Below, piece after piece: positions 31,510-42,109 of a stretch of 64,000 bases of DNA. This DNA is from Spirochaetaceae bacterium (GTDB lineage Bacteria; Spirochaetota; Spirochaetia; DSM-2461): assembly GCA_051531975.1 (NCBI GenBank), contig JAOPTT010000004.1:128001-192000 (forward strand). The letters run 5' to 3'. Both the position numbers and the translations under genes were made by a program. Below the pieces are notes generated by a model that did no database searches, was not told where the DNA came from, and saw only the letters and a program-made list of their open reading frames with translations. Positions within the stretch are counted from its first letter, which is position 1, and each line of letters starts with the position of its first letter.

Positions 31510-32564
31510 TCTATTGGATAGAATGTATATGCTATCCCACCCTTATTAAACCATGCTTTAGATAGGTCTGTTTTATCAAACTTATAAAAATACCCATCTT
31601 CTTTTGCAGAGTCATGAACTAAAGGGTTTCCACTCTTATCAAATCCTGCAAGCATCATTAGATGACCTTTGTATAATGGTGGACCTACTGATATTCCTAT
31701 TCTTCCACCTTTTGCTAAGACTTCCCTAGTATCAGACCAGTTTCTATATCTTGAAACATAACCTTTCAATCCTACTTGGGACGCATTTTGAACTGATCTT
31801 GGCCATACACCATAAATTCCCCAATAGGGATCTTTATTATTTTCAGAAAACAGTAGGGGATCAACTTTTACATCATAACTTTCTAAAATCATTGTTGACA
31901 TTACAGGGGAGCATATGGTTCCTCCGATTTTTGAATCAAGTTTATACTGATTTTTAAAAGAAGTTTCTATATTTATTGGTGCTGGATTATCAATTAATAC
32001 TTTCTCTATATTAAAATCTGAAGTTGTTTTTGAATCACTTAGAAATAAACTTATTTCACTTAGTGTTGGAGATAACAGTGAACTGTCTTTTCTCATCATC
32101 AATATTTTAAATTGTAAACTATTAGAGTAGGTTTTTAACTTAACAAAATCTATATCAACAATACCCCCGGACCACTCTGTTAATCCGTAGTTTTCCCATA
32201 TGTTATTTTTCCAATATCCAACTGTAACCCATGGTGACCACTCTTTTTTTTGGTCAAACCGCATCTGTATTTTAAATGAAGAATCCTCATTTAACGGTGC
32301 AAAACCATTCCAAGAAGGTAGCACTTCGTTAAATAGTGTTTCAGGTTTTATTACAGGAAATACAATGTAGCCCACCTTCGCCCCCTTAATCAATGTTAGT
32401 GAACTTCCACCTGAAGTTAACTTTATATTGTGGGAGTCAGTAGCATTATTAAAAGAATATTTTGATGATTCAAAAGTATATAATTTATCAGCATAACTAA
32501 TAGAGAATAAGCTAAAATTTAAAAGTAGTATTAATAGGATATAAAAGTATTTTTTAATAATCAT
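31506..32564 (-). CDS. Secreted peptidase C39-like family protein
   Basis: Signal peptide, PSWN, Q..CSP catalytic Cys, YGVWP, GHLMMLAGF, VHD. Confidence 0.75.
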   Translation of the reverse strand: MIIKKYFYILLILLLNFSLFSISYADKLYTFESSKYSFNNATDSHNIKLTSGGSSLTLIKGAKVGYIVFPVIKPETLFNEVLPSWNGFAPLNEDSSFKIQMRFDQKKEWSPWVTVGYWKNNIWENYGLTEWSGGIVDIDFVKLKTYSNSLQFKILMMRKDSSLLSPTLSEISLFLSDSKTTSDFNIEKVLIDNPAPINIETSFKNQYKLDSKIGGTICSPVMSTMILESYDVKVDPLLFSENNKDPYWGIYGVWPRSVQNASQVGLKGYVSRYRNWSDTREVLAKGGRIGISVGPPLYKGHLMMLAGFDKSGNPLVHDSAKEDGYFYKFDKTDLSKAWFNKGGIAYTFYPID

Positions 32565-32606
32565 ATCTAATAGTATAAACAGATATTTTACATTTATCTC
32601 TTATTA

Positions 32607-34376
32607 TTACGATTTAATTTTAAATTGACTTAAATTATTCTCAAGGTTATCTACTACTTGGGAGTTGTGGCCTGCTACATCAGATAACATGTTTACAGAT
32701 TTCTCAATAACATTTCCACGATCCTTAAGAGTCCGGGATATGTTTACAATGTCACTATTTATACTATTCAGATCAGTCATAGAGTTTTCAACATTGTCAG
32801 CTTCTTTTTTAGCTTCTTCTAAAATGTCTCTTACTTCATTAGATAGATTTACAATGTGTCCTGTATTGTGAAGTATATCTCTTGATGCTATAGCTTGTTC
32901 ATCTAACGATGTTGCAATTTCATTAGATAGGTTTGCAGAAACTGATATATCATTTAAAATTACATTAAATGCATCTTCTGCCTTTGAAGCCAAAGATGTA
33001 CTTATATCTATCTTTTCAGAAGTCGCTTTTACTATTTGTTGGATCTTAGCTGTCTCTATGCTTGAATTAGTTGCTAGCTTTCCGATCTCCCCTGCAACAA
33101 CTGCAAATCCTTTTCCTGCCACTCCAGCGTGGGCTGCTTCAATAGCTGCATTCATTGCTAAGAGACTTGTTATTGATGTTATATTTACTATCCCTTCAAC
33201 AGCTTGTGATATTTTATTTGATTCTTCTTGTATCTCTTTAATAGAGAGTAGAGCAGTATGGATATCTTTACCTCCATCTTTTGCAGTACCTAATAAATTA
33301 GCACTAATAGAGTTTGCTTTTTCTGTATTTTTACTAACAGATTCTATAGAACTAACCATCTCTTCTATACTAGCTGAGTTTTCTGAGATAGCAGCAGTTT
33401 GCCCACCCATACTTTCATTGATATTGTAGGTTTGTTGTCTCATTACATTTACTGCTTTACTAGATTCTGAAATTGCTTTTTCTTGGATTGTTAAACTGTC
33501 GTCAATTGAAACTATATTTTCAATAATGTTATTAACTGCACTTAACGTATTATTATAAGATTTATTTAGGTCCTGATTGGTTGCTTTTACACTCTCTGAA
33601 GAGGAACTAATATCTCCAATTAGTCTGTTGTAAGAGTCTGACATCATGGATATTGATTCAGATATCTCTCCTATTTCATTATTACTACTGAAATTAATAT
33701 TTTGTGTTAAATCTCCAGAGGCAATATGTTGTATCGTTTTAAGAATACTGCTTATTGGGGATAAAGTTTTAGATATAACAAATACAATAAATAGTGATGA
33801 TATTAGTACAAAAATAATAAGCAGTACTAATAGCTTTTTAATAAAAGCATATGCCTGATTAGATCTGTTGGTATATAAAAGAACTACATCGTTGGCTAAG
33901 TTTTTTATTTCCCCAGATTTTTCTATAGATATGCCTTTTTTATATGATTCAACCTTCGATGAATAACTTGATAATTTGGTAAGTTTGTTAAGTTCATCTT
34001 TAAAGTTAACCCACTCTTTATTCCATGTAGATATACTTGCTATAATTTCTACATCGGTAGTCCCAGAGATACCATGCTTTTCGCTACCTTCTATTAACCC
34101 AGTTAAAATCTCATCGTATATTATTATAGTTTCAGTTATCTGTTTTTTATATTCACTTCCACTCAGATTGTTTTTTAAAGCTTCTGAAAATGTTGTCCCT
34201 TGGTAACCTAATAAAATTGTCCGCATTCGTTCGCTACCAGCTTTATTTATTGCATTCGAATATCCATCAATTGCTGAGAATTTAGCGAATATAAAAAGAA
34301 GTATAATCAATACTCCAATTGCAAAACTACCAACGATTAATCCAATTATATTTTTGAGCTTCATTTTTTTGTCCAT
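32607..34376 (-). CDS. Methyl-accepting chemotaxis protein with PilJ/NarX-type periplasmic sensor
   Basis: AINKAGSERM P-box-like motif after TM1; [18 protein letters not shown] signalling domain. Confidence 0.85.
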   Translation of the reverse strand: MDKKMKLKNIIGLIVGSFAIGVLIILLFIFAKFSAIDGYSNAINKAGSERMRTILLGYQGTTFSEALKNNLSGSEYKKQITETIIIYDEILTGLIEGSEKHGISGTTDVEIIASISTWNKEWVNFKDELNKLTKLSSYSSKVESYKKGISIEKSGEIKNLANDVVLLYTNRSNQAYAFIKKLLVLLIIFVLISSLFIVFVISKTLSPISSILKTIQHIASGDLTQNINFSSNNEIGEISESISMMSDSYNRLIGDISSSSESVKATNQDLNKSYNNTLSAVNNIIENIVSIDDSLTIQEKAISESSKAVNVMRQQTYNINESMGGQTAAISENSASIEEMVSSIESVSKNTEKANSISANLLGTAKDGGKDIHTALLSIKEIQEESNKISQAVEGIVNITSITSLLAMNAAIEAAHAGVAGKGFAVVAGEIGKLATNSSIETAKIQQIVKATSEKIDISTSLASKAEDAFNVILNDISVSANLSNEIATSLDEQAIASRDILHNTGHIVNLSNEVRDILEEAKKEADNVENSMTDLNSINSDIVNISRTLKDRGNVIEKSVNMLSDVAGHNSQVVDNLENNLSQFKIKS

Positions 34377-34512
34377 AAAATAGTATAAGTTAAGATTAAG
34401 AATTAAGCCATTATATAGGAATAAAGTTATTATTAGGAATAATTCTTATTATTATTGCCGGTCTTGAGGGTGTAGCAGTTGAAGAAAAAAATTAAAAGTA
34501 ATATGTTTAATT

Positions 34513-36723
34513 ATGGAATTATTATCACCAGCTGGAAACCCAGAGAGTTTTAAAGCAGCCCTAGAATCTGGGGCTAATGCAATATATGTTGGTTTACCCT
34601 GGTTTAACGCCAGAAGACCTGCACTGAATTTTACACCAGATACCTTAAAAGAAGCTTTGAAACAAGCTCATGCCAAAGGTGTTAAAGTATATATAACATT
34701 AAATACTGATCTAAAATCTGCAGAGATAGAAGAAGCTGCAAAAGTTTTATTCTTAATCCAAGAACTAAAAGTCGATGCAGTAATAATAAAAGACTTTGGA
34801 CTATATTATTTGGCTAAAAAGTGTTTTCCAAGCCTAGAACTACATCTTAGTACACAGTTTGGAATTTCAAATTCATATGCTGCTGAACAGGCAAAAAAGC
34901 TTGGAGCCACTAGGGTTATCCCAGCAAGAGAGTTAAATTTTTCAGAGTTAAAAGCATTACAAAATTCTGATATGGAAATTCCTGAGATCGAAGCTTTTGT
35001 ACAAGGCTCAATGTGTTTCTCATTTTCAGGAAAGTGCCTTTTATCTAGTTGGGTTGGTGGTAAGTCTGCCAACAGAGGTGTTTGTCAGGCTCCATGTCGT
35101 CTTAAATATAGTAACGAAACCACTGAATTTCCATTCTTTTCTATGAAAGATCTAAATCTGGTATCCCACTTAAAAGAGTTAAAAGAAGCAAATATAACAT
35201 CTCTTAAAATTGAGGGTCGTTTAAAAAGTCCTGGATGGGTTGGAAATATTACATCTATTTATAATGACGCATTAAAAGGCAATTTGGATCTTAAAAATAG
35301 TTCAGAAGAGCTACTTAAATACTCAGGACGTGAGATGGGAGAAGGCTTTGCTACTGGTCTTACAAACTTAACAGCCAAACATAGGGCTAAATTTGGAAGT
35401 TATATTGGAAAGGTTCTTGAAATAATTGAGGTTAATGATGAAGAGTTTGTAAAAGTAGATTTTGAAACTAAAAGCCCAGAAACATCATTAAGATTTGTAT
35501 CTCCAGAAGACGAGTTTTTAACAATATTACATCAGGACTATAACTCTATATTAGAAGGGAATCTGATAAAAAGTAATGGACGTATTACAAAAGATTCTCT
35601 AGTTTTTGAAGTTATTCCATCTCGGAAAAATAAGTCCGGAATAGGTAAAATGAGATATGACATTGAGTTAGAGGTAGTAAAAGACAATATAGAGATAACA
35701 GTCATTACTGATACTGGTGTTTTTAAGGAGTTTGATCCTTATAAAAAAGTTGTAAAAGAAAAAAGAGGAGTATATCCTGACTCTGTTTATGACAAGTTAG
35801 AAACTAAGGTTGTTAACGGATGGCGTTTTAATAAATTATACTCAGAAGATATACTGTTATCAAAAACTCAAGTAAATAGTATTGTTAAAATAATTTCATA
35901 TATTCTTGCTGTTACGATACAAGAGAGTAATCCATTAAATCAGATAGATCTGCAGGCAGAAGTTAAAGAGTTCCTTAAACCCTTAGATCAAAGTGATTTT
36001 AAAGGTTCTAAAAGTTATATTAGGGTGAAAGCACAAAAATTAACTAAAAATATTAAGGGCCACATCATAATTGATGAAGTAGAATTTAATAAAGAGATCT
36101 TAGATAAAATAATTGAATTAGCTAAAAACAGTGATATAACCATCTCTCTATTTCCAATCTGTTTTGAGAAAGATATGGAAGAGATAAAAGATGTAGTAAA
36201 ATATTTAGAATCAAAAATTGCCCCTAAATATGAGATAAATGATATTGGCCACTATAATCTATTAAAAAACTACTTATCAGTTCCAGTTAGTAGAATGGTT
36301 GGTGGACAGGGAATGGCTTGTTATAATTATCTGTCACTAAAGTTTTTAAAAGATGAATTGGGAATTAATGACCTTTCAGTTCCTATGGAGTTAGATTCCA
36401 GAGGGATCTTAAAATTGGTTGAGTATAATAATAACTATGCAAATTTAAGATTTACAGAATTATCAACAGTTCCAATAATGTATTCTAGAGTTCAAGCCCC
36501 AGAGTTTATTGAAGGAGCAGAGTTTGTAGATAATATTGGAACTGTGTTTTCTGTTCATAAATACAGAGATTTGAACTCGTTTGTAGTTTCTGAATATTAT
36601 TCAGCAGAGGGATGTAAGGATTTAGAAGGGGTCAAGTTTAATACAACAATAGCAGATAAAACATGCTTAGATAATCCAGGGGTAGAGCGTAAGAAATTTA
36701 ATTTAGAGCGGCGATTATATTAG
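34513..36723 (+). CDS. Peptidase U32 family protein (long RlhA/TrhP-like RNA hydroxylation factor)
   Basis: ELLSPAG, GANAIYVG, HLSTQ, AREL, NRGVCQAPCR, SLKIEGR. Confidence 0.85.
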   Translation: MELLSPAGNPESFKAALESGANAIYVGLPWFNARRPALNFTPDTLKEALKQAHAKGVKVYITLNTDLKSAEIEEAAKVLFLIQELKVDAVIIKDFGLYYLAKKCFPSLELHLSTQFGISNSYAAEQAKKLGATRVIPARELNFSELKALQNSDMEIPEIEAFVQGSMCFSFSGKCLLSSWVGGKSANRGVCQAPCRLKYSNETTEFPFFSMKDLNLVSHLKELKEANITSLKIEGRLKSPGWVGNITSIYNDALKGNLDLKNSSEELLKYSGREMGEGFATGLTNLTAKHRAKFGSYIGKVLEIIEVNDEEFVKVDFETKSPETSLRFVSPEDEFLTILHQDYNSILEGNLIKSNGRITKDSLVFEVIPSRKNKSGIGKMRYDIELEVVKDNIEITVITDTGVFKEFDPYKKVVKEKRGVYPDSVYDKLETKVVNGWRFNKLYSEDILLSKTQVNSIVKIISYILAVTIQESNPLNQIDLQAEVKEFLKPLDQSDFKGSKSYIRVKAQKLTKNIKGHIIIDEVEFNKEILDKIIELAKNSDITISLFPICFEKDMEEIKDVVKYLESKIAPKYEINDIGHYNLLKNYLSVPVSRMVGGQGMACYNYLSLKFLKDELGINDLSVPMELDSRGILKLVEYNNNYANLRFTELSTVPIMYSRVQAPEFIEGAEFVDNIGTVFSVHKYRDLNSFVVSEYYSAEGCKDLEGVKFNTTIADKTCLDNPGVERKKFNLERRLY

Positions 36724-37457
36724 CTTAAATTTGTTACTTTATCCTTCCCTGTATATTTTGAGACATACATGGCTTTATTAGCTCTATGTATAATATCTGA
36801 TAAATCTTCACCATAAGAATATTTAGCTGTACCAATACTTAGTGTGAAATTTACACTATCAGATGGGTATTCTTTTTTTGTAAAGTTATTAAATACCTCT
36901 TTAAGATCAGAAAGTTTTTTGTTGATAAACTCTTGCTCTGTATTCATATAAAAAATTAGGAATTCCTGTTCAACAAAAGAGAATGCAAAATCTCCTTCTC
37001 TTTTAGAACTAGATATAATATCACCAATTTTTTTAAGAGTATGGTCTGCTTCATCTAATCCAAATTCACTTTTAAGTACATTATAGTTATCGATATCAAT
37101 AAAAGCACAAATACAGTTTTTAAATATTGCTGGGTTATTATCAAATATTTCTGTAAAGTTAGTTTTTAAATACGACCTGTTATATAGTTTTGTCTTTTTA
37201 TCGTATATAGAATCGATATACTTCTCTTTGTTCTCTTTTGAAATCTGTTTCTTTCCAGATATAAAATTGTAAAGAACTCTAGCTGTAAAAGTTCCTAATA
37301 AAAAAAGTCCAGTTAGTCTAGTAAAGATTTCCATCAGACGAATTGTTGAAGCCTGATAAGAAGATAGATCAATTATTCCTAAAACAACTCCAGTTGTTAC
37401 AAAAAGGAATCCAAAAGCGAGAAGAATGATATTAATTTTATTTATGATACGGTTCAT
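36720..37457 (-). CDS. Membrane-anchored GGDEF-domain protein with degenerate active site
   Basis: Two TM helices; DKKTKLYNR, FIDID, VEQEF in place of GGDEF, ANKAMYVSK. Confidence 0.8.
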   Translation of the reverse strand: MNRIINKINIILLAFGFLFVTTGVVLGIIDLSSYQASTIRLMEIFTRLTGLFLLGTFTARVLYNFISGKKQISKENKEKYIDSIYDKKTKLYNRSYLKTNFTEIFDNNPAIFKNCICAFIDIDNYNVLKSEFGLDEADHTLKKIGDIISSSKREGDFAFSFVEQEFLIFYMNTEQEFINKKLSDLKEVFNNFTKKEYPSDSVNFTLSIGTAKYSYGEDLSDIIHRANKAMYVSKYTGKDKVTNLS

Positions 37458-37917
37458 TCCTTAATATTCGGAAGCTTCTGTAGATTTGTTCAATTAATAT
37501 TAATTTAATTAATTGGTGGGGGAAGGTCATTTTAGAAAAACAGAGTTTGAATTTGCTCTTTTCTCTAACTGAACTATGTAAACCTAAAGATCCTCCAATT
37601 ATAAATGTAATGTGACTATTTCCGTCTACAGTAATCTTTTCAATTTTATTTGCAAGTTCGACCGAAGATAAAAGTTTTCCTTCTAATTCTAGTGTGATTA
37701 TAAAAGAGTTCGGGTTAATTTTAGCTAAAATTTTATCCGCTTCTTTTTTCTTAACAATTTCCATATCTGCAGGGCTTAAGTTTTCAGGGCATTTTTCATC
37801 AGGAACCTCTATTATCTCCATTTTTGAATAAGATGTTAGACGTTTCATATACTCTGCAATACCCTCTTTTAGGTATTTTTCTTTAAGTTTCCCTGGACCT
37901 ATTATTGTTATTTTCAC
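37438..37917 (-). CDS. rlmH: 23S rRNA pseudouridine-1915 N3-methyltransferase
   Basis: GKLKEKY, FIIGGSLGL, MTFPHQL..EQIYR..PYHK. Confidence 0.95.
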   Translation of the reverse strand: MKITIIGPGKLKEKYLKEGIAEYMKRLTSYSKMEIIEVPDEKCPENLSPADMEIVKKKEADKILAKINPNSFIITLELEGKLLSSVELANKIEKITVDGNSHITFIIGGSLGLHSSVREKSKFKLCFSKMTFPHQLIKLILIEQIYRSFRILRNEPYHK

Positions 37918-38684
37918 CTGTTCAATTCCAAGGCCTTATTAATTCCTTCTAATACTAAGTCAGGATAAACAAAATCAAATATTTCAATGTGTTTAAATAA
38001 GCCACTGAAACCACCAGTTCCAATTATTACAGGTTTTTCCCCATCAAAACATTCATCAGTAAATCTTGTGACCATCTCTTTTAACATTCCAATAGCCCCA
38101 TAAAACAGTCCAGATTGAATATTTTCTACTGTTGATCTTCCACAAATAGCACTTGGTCTTATAATTTCAACTTTTGGTAGGTTTGCAGTCCTCTGCTCTA
38201 AGGAGTCCATTGCAATTCTTAAACCTGGAATAATTGCTCCTCCAAGATGTTCTCTATTACTTGTTACAATATCGAATGTTGTAGCTGTTCCCATATCTAT
38301 AATTATTAGATTTTTATTAGGGTGACGCTTAATAGAACCTATACTTGTTGCAATTCTATCTGCACCAAGTTCTAATGGGTTTTTATATTTAATTTGTAAT
38401 CCAGATTTTATTCCTGCTCTTAGAAAAAAAGGCTTAAGCTTAAAGTATTTTTCACAAGCACTAGCTAAAGAGTGGTTTTCGTCTGGAACAACAGAACATA
38501 TGGCTATCTGTTTTACATTTTTTGGATCTAATTCGTTGGCAATTAGAACATTTTTCAGGAATATACCAATCTCATCAGAAGATGAACCCTCGCCTGTACG
38601 TTTTCTAAATCTAAGTATTATTTTCTCTCCAGAATATATTCCACCAAAAAGTTGTGTATTCCCAGCATCTATACAGAGTATCAT
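37914..38684 (-). CDS. coaX: Type III pantothenate kinase
   Basis: IDAGNT, LGADR, IDMGTATT, GGAIIPG, TGG. Confidence 0.95.
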   Translation of the reverse strand: MILCIDAGNTQLFGGIYSGEKIILRFRKRTGEGSSSDEIGIFLKNVLIANELDPKNVKQIAICSVVPDENHSLASACEKYFKLKPFFLRAGIKSGLQIKYKNPLELGADRIATSIGSIKRHPNKNLIIIDMGTATTFDIVTSNREHLGGAIIPGLRIAMDSLEQRTANLPKVEIIRPSAICGRSTVENIQSGLFYGAIGMLKEMVTRFTDECFDGEKPVIIGTGGFSGLFKHIEIFDFVYPDLVLEGINKALELNR

Positions 38685-39340
38685 TAAATCTCCTTAAATA
38701 TCTCTACTAGGGCAGTTCCTAGTTCATCTTTTGTCTTGCAATTTTTATATACTTTATTATCTTTGTAAATAGTTGATATATGAATTTCTTTATTAATAGA
38801 TGATAAATCGTTATGCACTACAAAATCAACTGCTCCACTTTCAAATTGAGTGGTTACTTTATCTGCTATTTTTATCTTATTTGCATTTTTTGTTAATTTA
38901 AATCCAATTACTTTCATAGGGGACCCACTGTACTTTTTTAATTTTTCAAGAATTTTAAAGTTTGGTTTTAAGATTATTGATAAAGGTTTAGATGAGTCTA
39001 TTTTAATATCTTCTGAGGGAGTTATTTTTACCCCTTCAGATTCTAAATAATCAACACTATAATCACTAACAGCTGCCGCATGAATAACCCCAGAAATATG
39101 GTTGTTTCCCAAAATATCTTTTAACTTATTATCTAAATCTTTGAATGATGAAAAACGGATGATATTCACATCTTGCTTAGGGTTTAGTGCTCTAAGGGAA
39201 GTTAATAAAGTCACTTTAAATCCAGCATTGTAGAAACAATCTGCTAAAACTGCTCCAGTTCTACCTGTAGAAAAGTTACTTATTGTTCTAACACCATCAA
39301 TAGGTTCCTCTGTACCCCCAGCAGTAATTAAGATTTCCAA
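38684..39340 (-). CDS. coaB: Phosphopantothenate-cysteine ligase (stand-alone CoaB)
   Basis: ITAGGTEEPIDGVRTISNFSTGRTG, HAAAVSDY, GFKL. Confidence 0.9.
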   Translation of the reverse strand: MEILITAGGTEEPIDGVRTISNFSTGRTGAVLADCFYNAGFKVTLLTSLRALNPKQDVNIIRFSSFKDLDNKLKDILGNNHISGVIHAAAVSDYSVDYLESEGVKITPSEDIKIDSSKPLSIILKPNFKILEKLKKYSGSPMKVIGFKLTKNANKIKIADKVTTQFESGAVDFVVHNDLSSINKEIHISTIYKDNKVYKNCKTKDELGTALVEIFKEI

Positions 39341-39873
39341 ACTAATTCCTTAATCTTTAAAAAAACGGTCCCGGGATCAATTACCCGACCTTTTCCAACA
39401 TCCCCACATGCCAAAAGACCTTCCTCGGTATCAAAAATATAACATCCGTACTCTTCTAATTCTTTTATGGATTTTTGTACCCTAGGGTGGTTTAACATCT
39501 CTACATTCATACCAGGGGCTAATAAATATGGTTTGTTAAAATTATTGGCTAAATATGTTGCCCCAATTAGATCATCAGCTAAACCATAGTTAAGTCTATT
39601 TAAACTATTTGCGGTAATTGGGTAGGTCACAAATAGATCCGCCCATTTTGCTAATTTTATGTGATCCATCATTTCACCTTTAGTGAATGTTGAAGTTTTA
39701 ACAGGATTTCCTGATATTCCTTCTAATGTGGCCTCCCCAATAAACTTTAGTGCACTTTCAGTTGCTACACACTGAACATTGTACCCATTTTTAACAAGGG
39801 TAGAGAGCAGAGTTCCAGCCTTAAATGCTGCGATAGAACCTGTTACTTGTAAAACGATGTTACCTTTTGACAT
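39328..39873 (-). CDS. coaC: Phosphopantothenoylcysteine decarboxylase (stand-alone CoaC)
   Basis: TGSIAAFK, HIKLAKWAD, APGMN, LACGDVGKGR. Confidence 0.9.
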   Translation of the reverse strand: MSKGNIVLQVTGSIAAFKAGTLLSTLVKNGYNVQCVATESALKFIGEATLEGISGNPVKTSTFTKGEMMDHIKLAKWADLFVTYPITANSLNRLNYGLADDLIGATYLANNFNKPYLLAPGMNVEMLNHPRVQKSIKELEEYGCYIFDTEEGLLACGDVGKGRVIDPGTVFLKIKELVWKS

Positions 39874-40624
39874 TATCTATTAACCTCACATCGCCTAGGG
39901 TTGCTGCAGCTAATACTCTATTATCTTCAATCTCGATATAATCTACTACAAATCCTAACTCCGTTAGTCTGTTTTTCATTTGATCTGTATCTATTCCACT
40001 AGAGATAATTTTATATAATTTAGGTGCCTTCAACCGATTTTCTGGAGTTAAAAGTGAGTTTCTACTAGAAAATGCTAGACCATCAGCCTCCCGAATTAAT
40101 TGGCAAGGGATAATGTTGTATGGTAAAAACATAGAGTCTATCATTCCTTTTATCAGTCTATATTGCTGCCAATCTTTCTCTCCAAAATATGCATTATCTG
40201 GGCTTACTACATTTAATAATTTTAGAACAACTGTTAATACACCATCAAAGTGGCCAGGTCTATGTGCTCCACATAATTTAGTACTAAACTTATTTTCAGT
40301 CATTTTGTATCGATATCCATCAGGGTACATCATCTGTTTATTTGGTATAAATATATAATCACATCCATCTGATTCTAATATCTGTTTGTCTTTTTCAATT
40401 GTAGTTGGATAGTTTCTTAAATCTGTAGAACTATTAAATTGTGTTGGGTTTACAAAAATGGAACATATAGTTATATCATTCTCTTTTACAGATCTTTTGA
40501 TTAAACTTTTGTGACCAATATGCAGAGCTCCCATTGTTGGAACAAGCCCCAAGCTTTTTTTACCTTTTATTTGGCTGTTGTATATCTCTTTCCATTCATC
40601 AATCGTTTCTATTATTTTAGCCAC
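39860..40624 (-). CDS. panC: Pantoate-beta-alanine ligase
   Basis: VPTMGALHIGH, SIFVNPTQF, RPGHFDGV, FGEKDWQQ, RLIDN. Confidence 0.95.
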   Translation of the reverse strand: MAKIIETIDEWKEIYNSQIKGKKSLGLVPTMGALHIGHKSLIKRSVKENDITICSIFVNPTQFNSSTDLRNYPTTIEKDKQILESDGCDYIFIPNKQMMYPDGYRYKMTENKFSTKLCGAHRPGHFDGVLTVVLKLLNVVSPDNAYFGEKDWQQYRLIKGMIDSMFLPYNIIPCQLIREADGLAFSSRNSLLTPENRLKAPKLYKIISSGIDTDQMKNRLTELGFVVDYIEIEDNRVLAAATLGDVRLIDNVKR

Positions 40625-41408
40625 CGTAGCTCTCTCCTTTACCTGGGAAATCCTTTGACTTTACTGTTGAGTCATACTCATTTAAAGCTGACTTTATAAG
40701 GTTCGCCCCATCTATAAACTTTCTAACAAATTTAGGTGTATAACCTGTATTTACACCTAACATATCTTGTAAAACTAATACCTGTCCATCTGTATCTTTC
40801 CCTGCACCTATTCCAATTGTCGGAATATCTAATATTTCTGATACTCTTCTTCCAGCAGAGTCTGGTATGCATTCTAAAACAATGGAGAAACAACCTAGTT
40901 CCTGTAGCTTTAATGCATCTTCTATCAATTGTACTACAGCTTCTTCTGTTTTGCTTTGAACTTTAAATCCGCCAAAGGCATTAAATGATTGTGGTGTCAG
41001 ACCTAAGTGCCCCATAACAGGGATTCCAGATTCAACAATGTATTTTATTGTCTCTTCATGGCCTTTAACTCCCTCGAGTTTAATAGCATTTGCTCCTGAC
41101 TGCATTAGTTTCCCCACTGAATCTAAAACTGAATCTAAACTCTTTCTATGGGATAAAAATGGCATGTCTGCAATAATAAACTTTGTAGGGGCACCTCTTC
41201 TCACTGCGGCCGTATGTAAAGACATTAGGTCTATTGTTGCAGGTATTGTAGAATCAAAACCATGACTTACCATAGCTAGACTGTCTCCAACTAAAATAGA
41301 ATCAACGTTTGATTCTTCTGCAATTGTTGCTGTCCAGTAGTCGTAACATGTGATCATAGATATTTTTTTGCTACTCTCTTTAAACTTTTTAAAATCAATT
41401 ATGTTCAT
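40617..41408 (-). CDS. panB: 3-methyl-2-oxobutanoate hydroxymethyltransferase
   Basis: LVGDSL, ADMPF, KLEG, MGHLGLTPQ, PTIGIGAG, GQVLV. Confidence 0.95.
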   Translation of the reverse strand: MNIIDFKKFKESSKKISMITCYDYWTATIAEESNVDSILVGDSLAMVSHGFDSTIPATIDLMSLHTAAVRRGAPTKFIIADMPFLSHRKSLDSVLDSVGKLMQSGANAIKLEGVKGHEETIKYIVESGIPVMGHLGLTPQSFNAFGGFKVQSKTEEAVVQLIEDALKLQELGCFSIVLECIPDSAGRRVSEILDIPTIGIGAGKDTDGQVLVLQDMLGVNTGYTPKFVRKFIDGANLIKSALNEYDSTVKSKDFPGKGESYGG

Positions 41409-42109
41409 ATAAGCTCCTTTTTGTAGGCTTTATTAAATAGGCTATAAATATTCTTCCATATCCTATGTTTTAAGGCTTTTTTGTTTCGTTTTATTGTATT
41501 TTTATCCCCTCTTTTAATAGGTCCAGTTAGTGCATTAAAAGGGTCATCTTTTAGGTTATCAAAGATCTTTGATAAGTAAGGTAATAGTACCTCTTTAGGT
41601 AGGTCTAAATCTTTTTCAAAGTCTTTCATAACCTTTTGCCAAAGAAGAGTTGTAAAGTTTCCACTGATAACACAAAGTGAGTGATATAGTGCCTTCATTT
41701 CTGGGTTCATAGTATAATATTTATTTGTTAAAGTAGGGAAAACAGAATCAAAAGTAATATCTGATTCTTCGCAAATAAATGGAATGTTTTTATACTCTTC
41801 TAGTGTGTAAAGTTTAGGGCCAAATGACATAAGAGGGTGAAATCCAACAGCTTTTTTACTGTTCATTGAGCCAGAAAAATGAATTACTGAGATGCTATTA
41901 TTAAAGTAGTTATTGTCTAGGAAGTTGGAGATAGAATCATCGGAGATTAATATTATAATATACTTGCAACCATCTAATTTTATGGTGGGAGTTTTATTAT
42001 CTAATTTTCTACTCCATCTTAAAAAAGGAATTCCTTCTAAGGTGAAATAATGGCATAAATGGGTGGCTAATAGACCATCCCCTATAATCCCATAGTCTGT
42101 TTTATACAT
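41405..42109 (-). CDS. panG: Rossmann-like/DUF2520 protein, probable PanG-type ketopantoate reductase
   Basis: IIGDG, DDSI, HFSGS, FHPLMSF, YH..C...GNF, LTGPIKRGD; first gene of the pan operon. Confidence 0.75.
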   Translation of the reverse strand: MYKTDYGIIGDGLLATHLCHYFTLEGIPFLRWSRKLDNKTPTIKLDGCKYIIILISDDSISNFLDNNYFNNSISVIHFSGSMNSKKAVGFHPLMSFGPKLYTLEEYKNIPFICEESDITFDSVFPTLTNKYYTMNPEMKALYHSLCVISGNFTTLLWQKVMKDFEKDLDLPKEVLLPYLSKIFDNLKDDPFNALTGPIKRGDKNTIKRNKKALKHRIWKNIYSLFNKAYKKELI

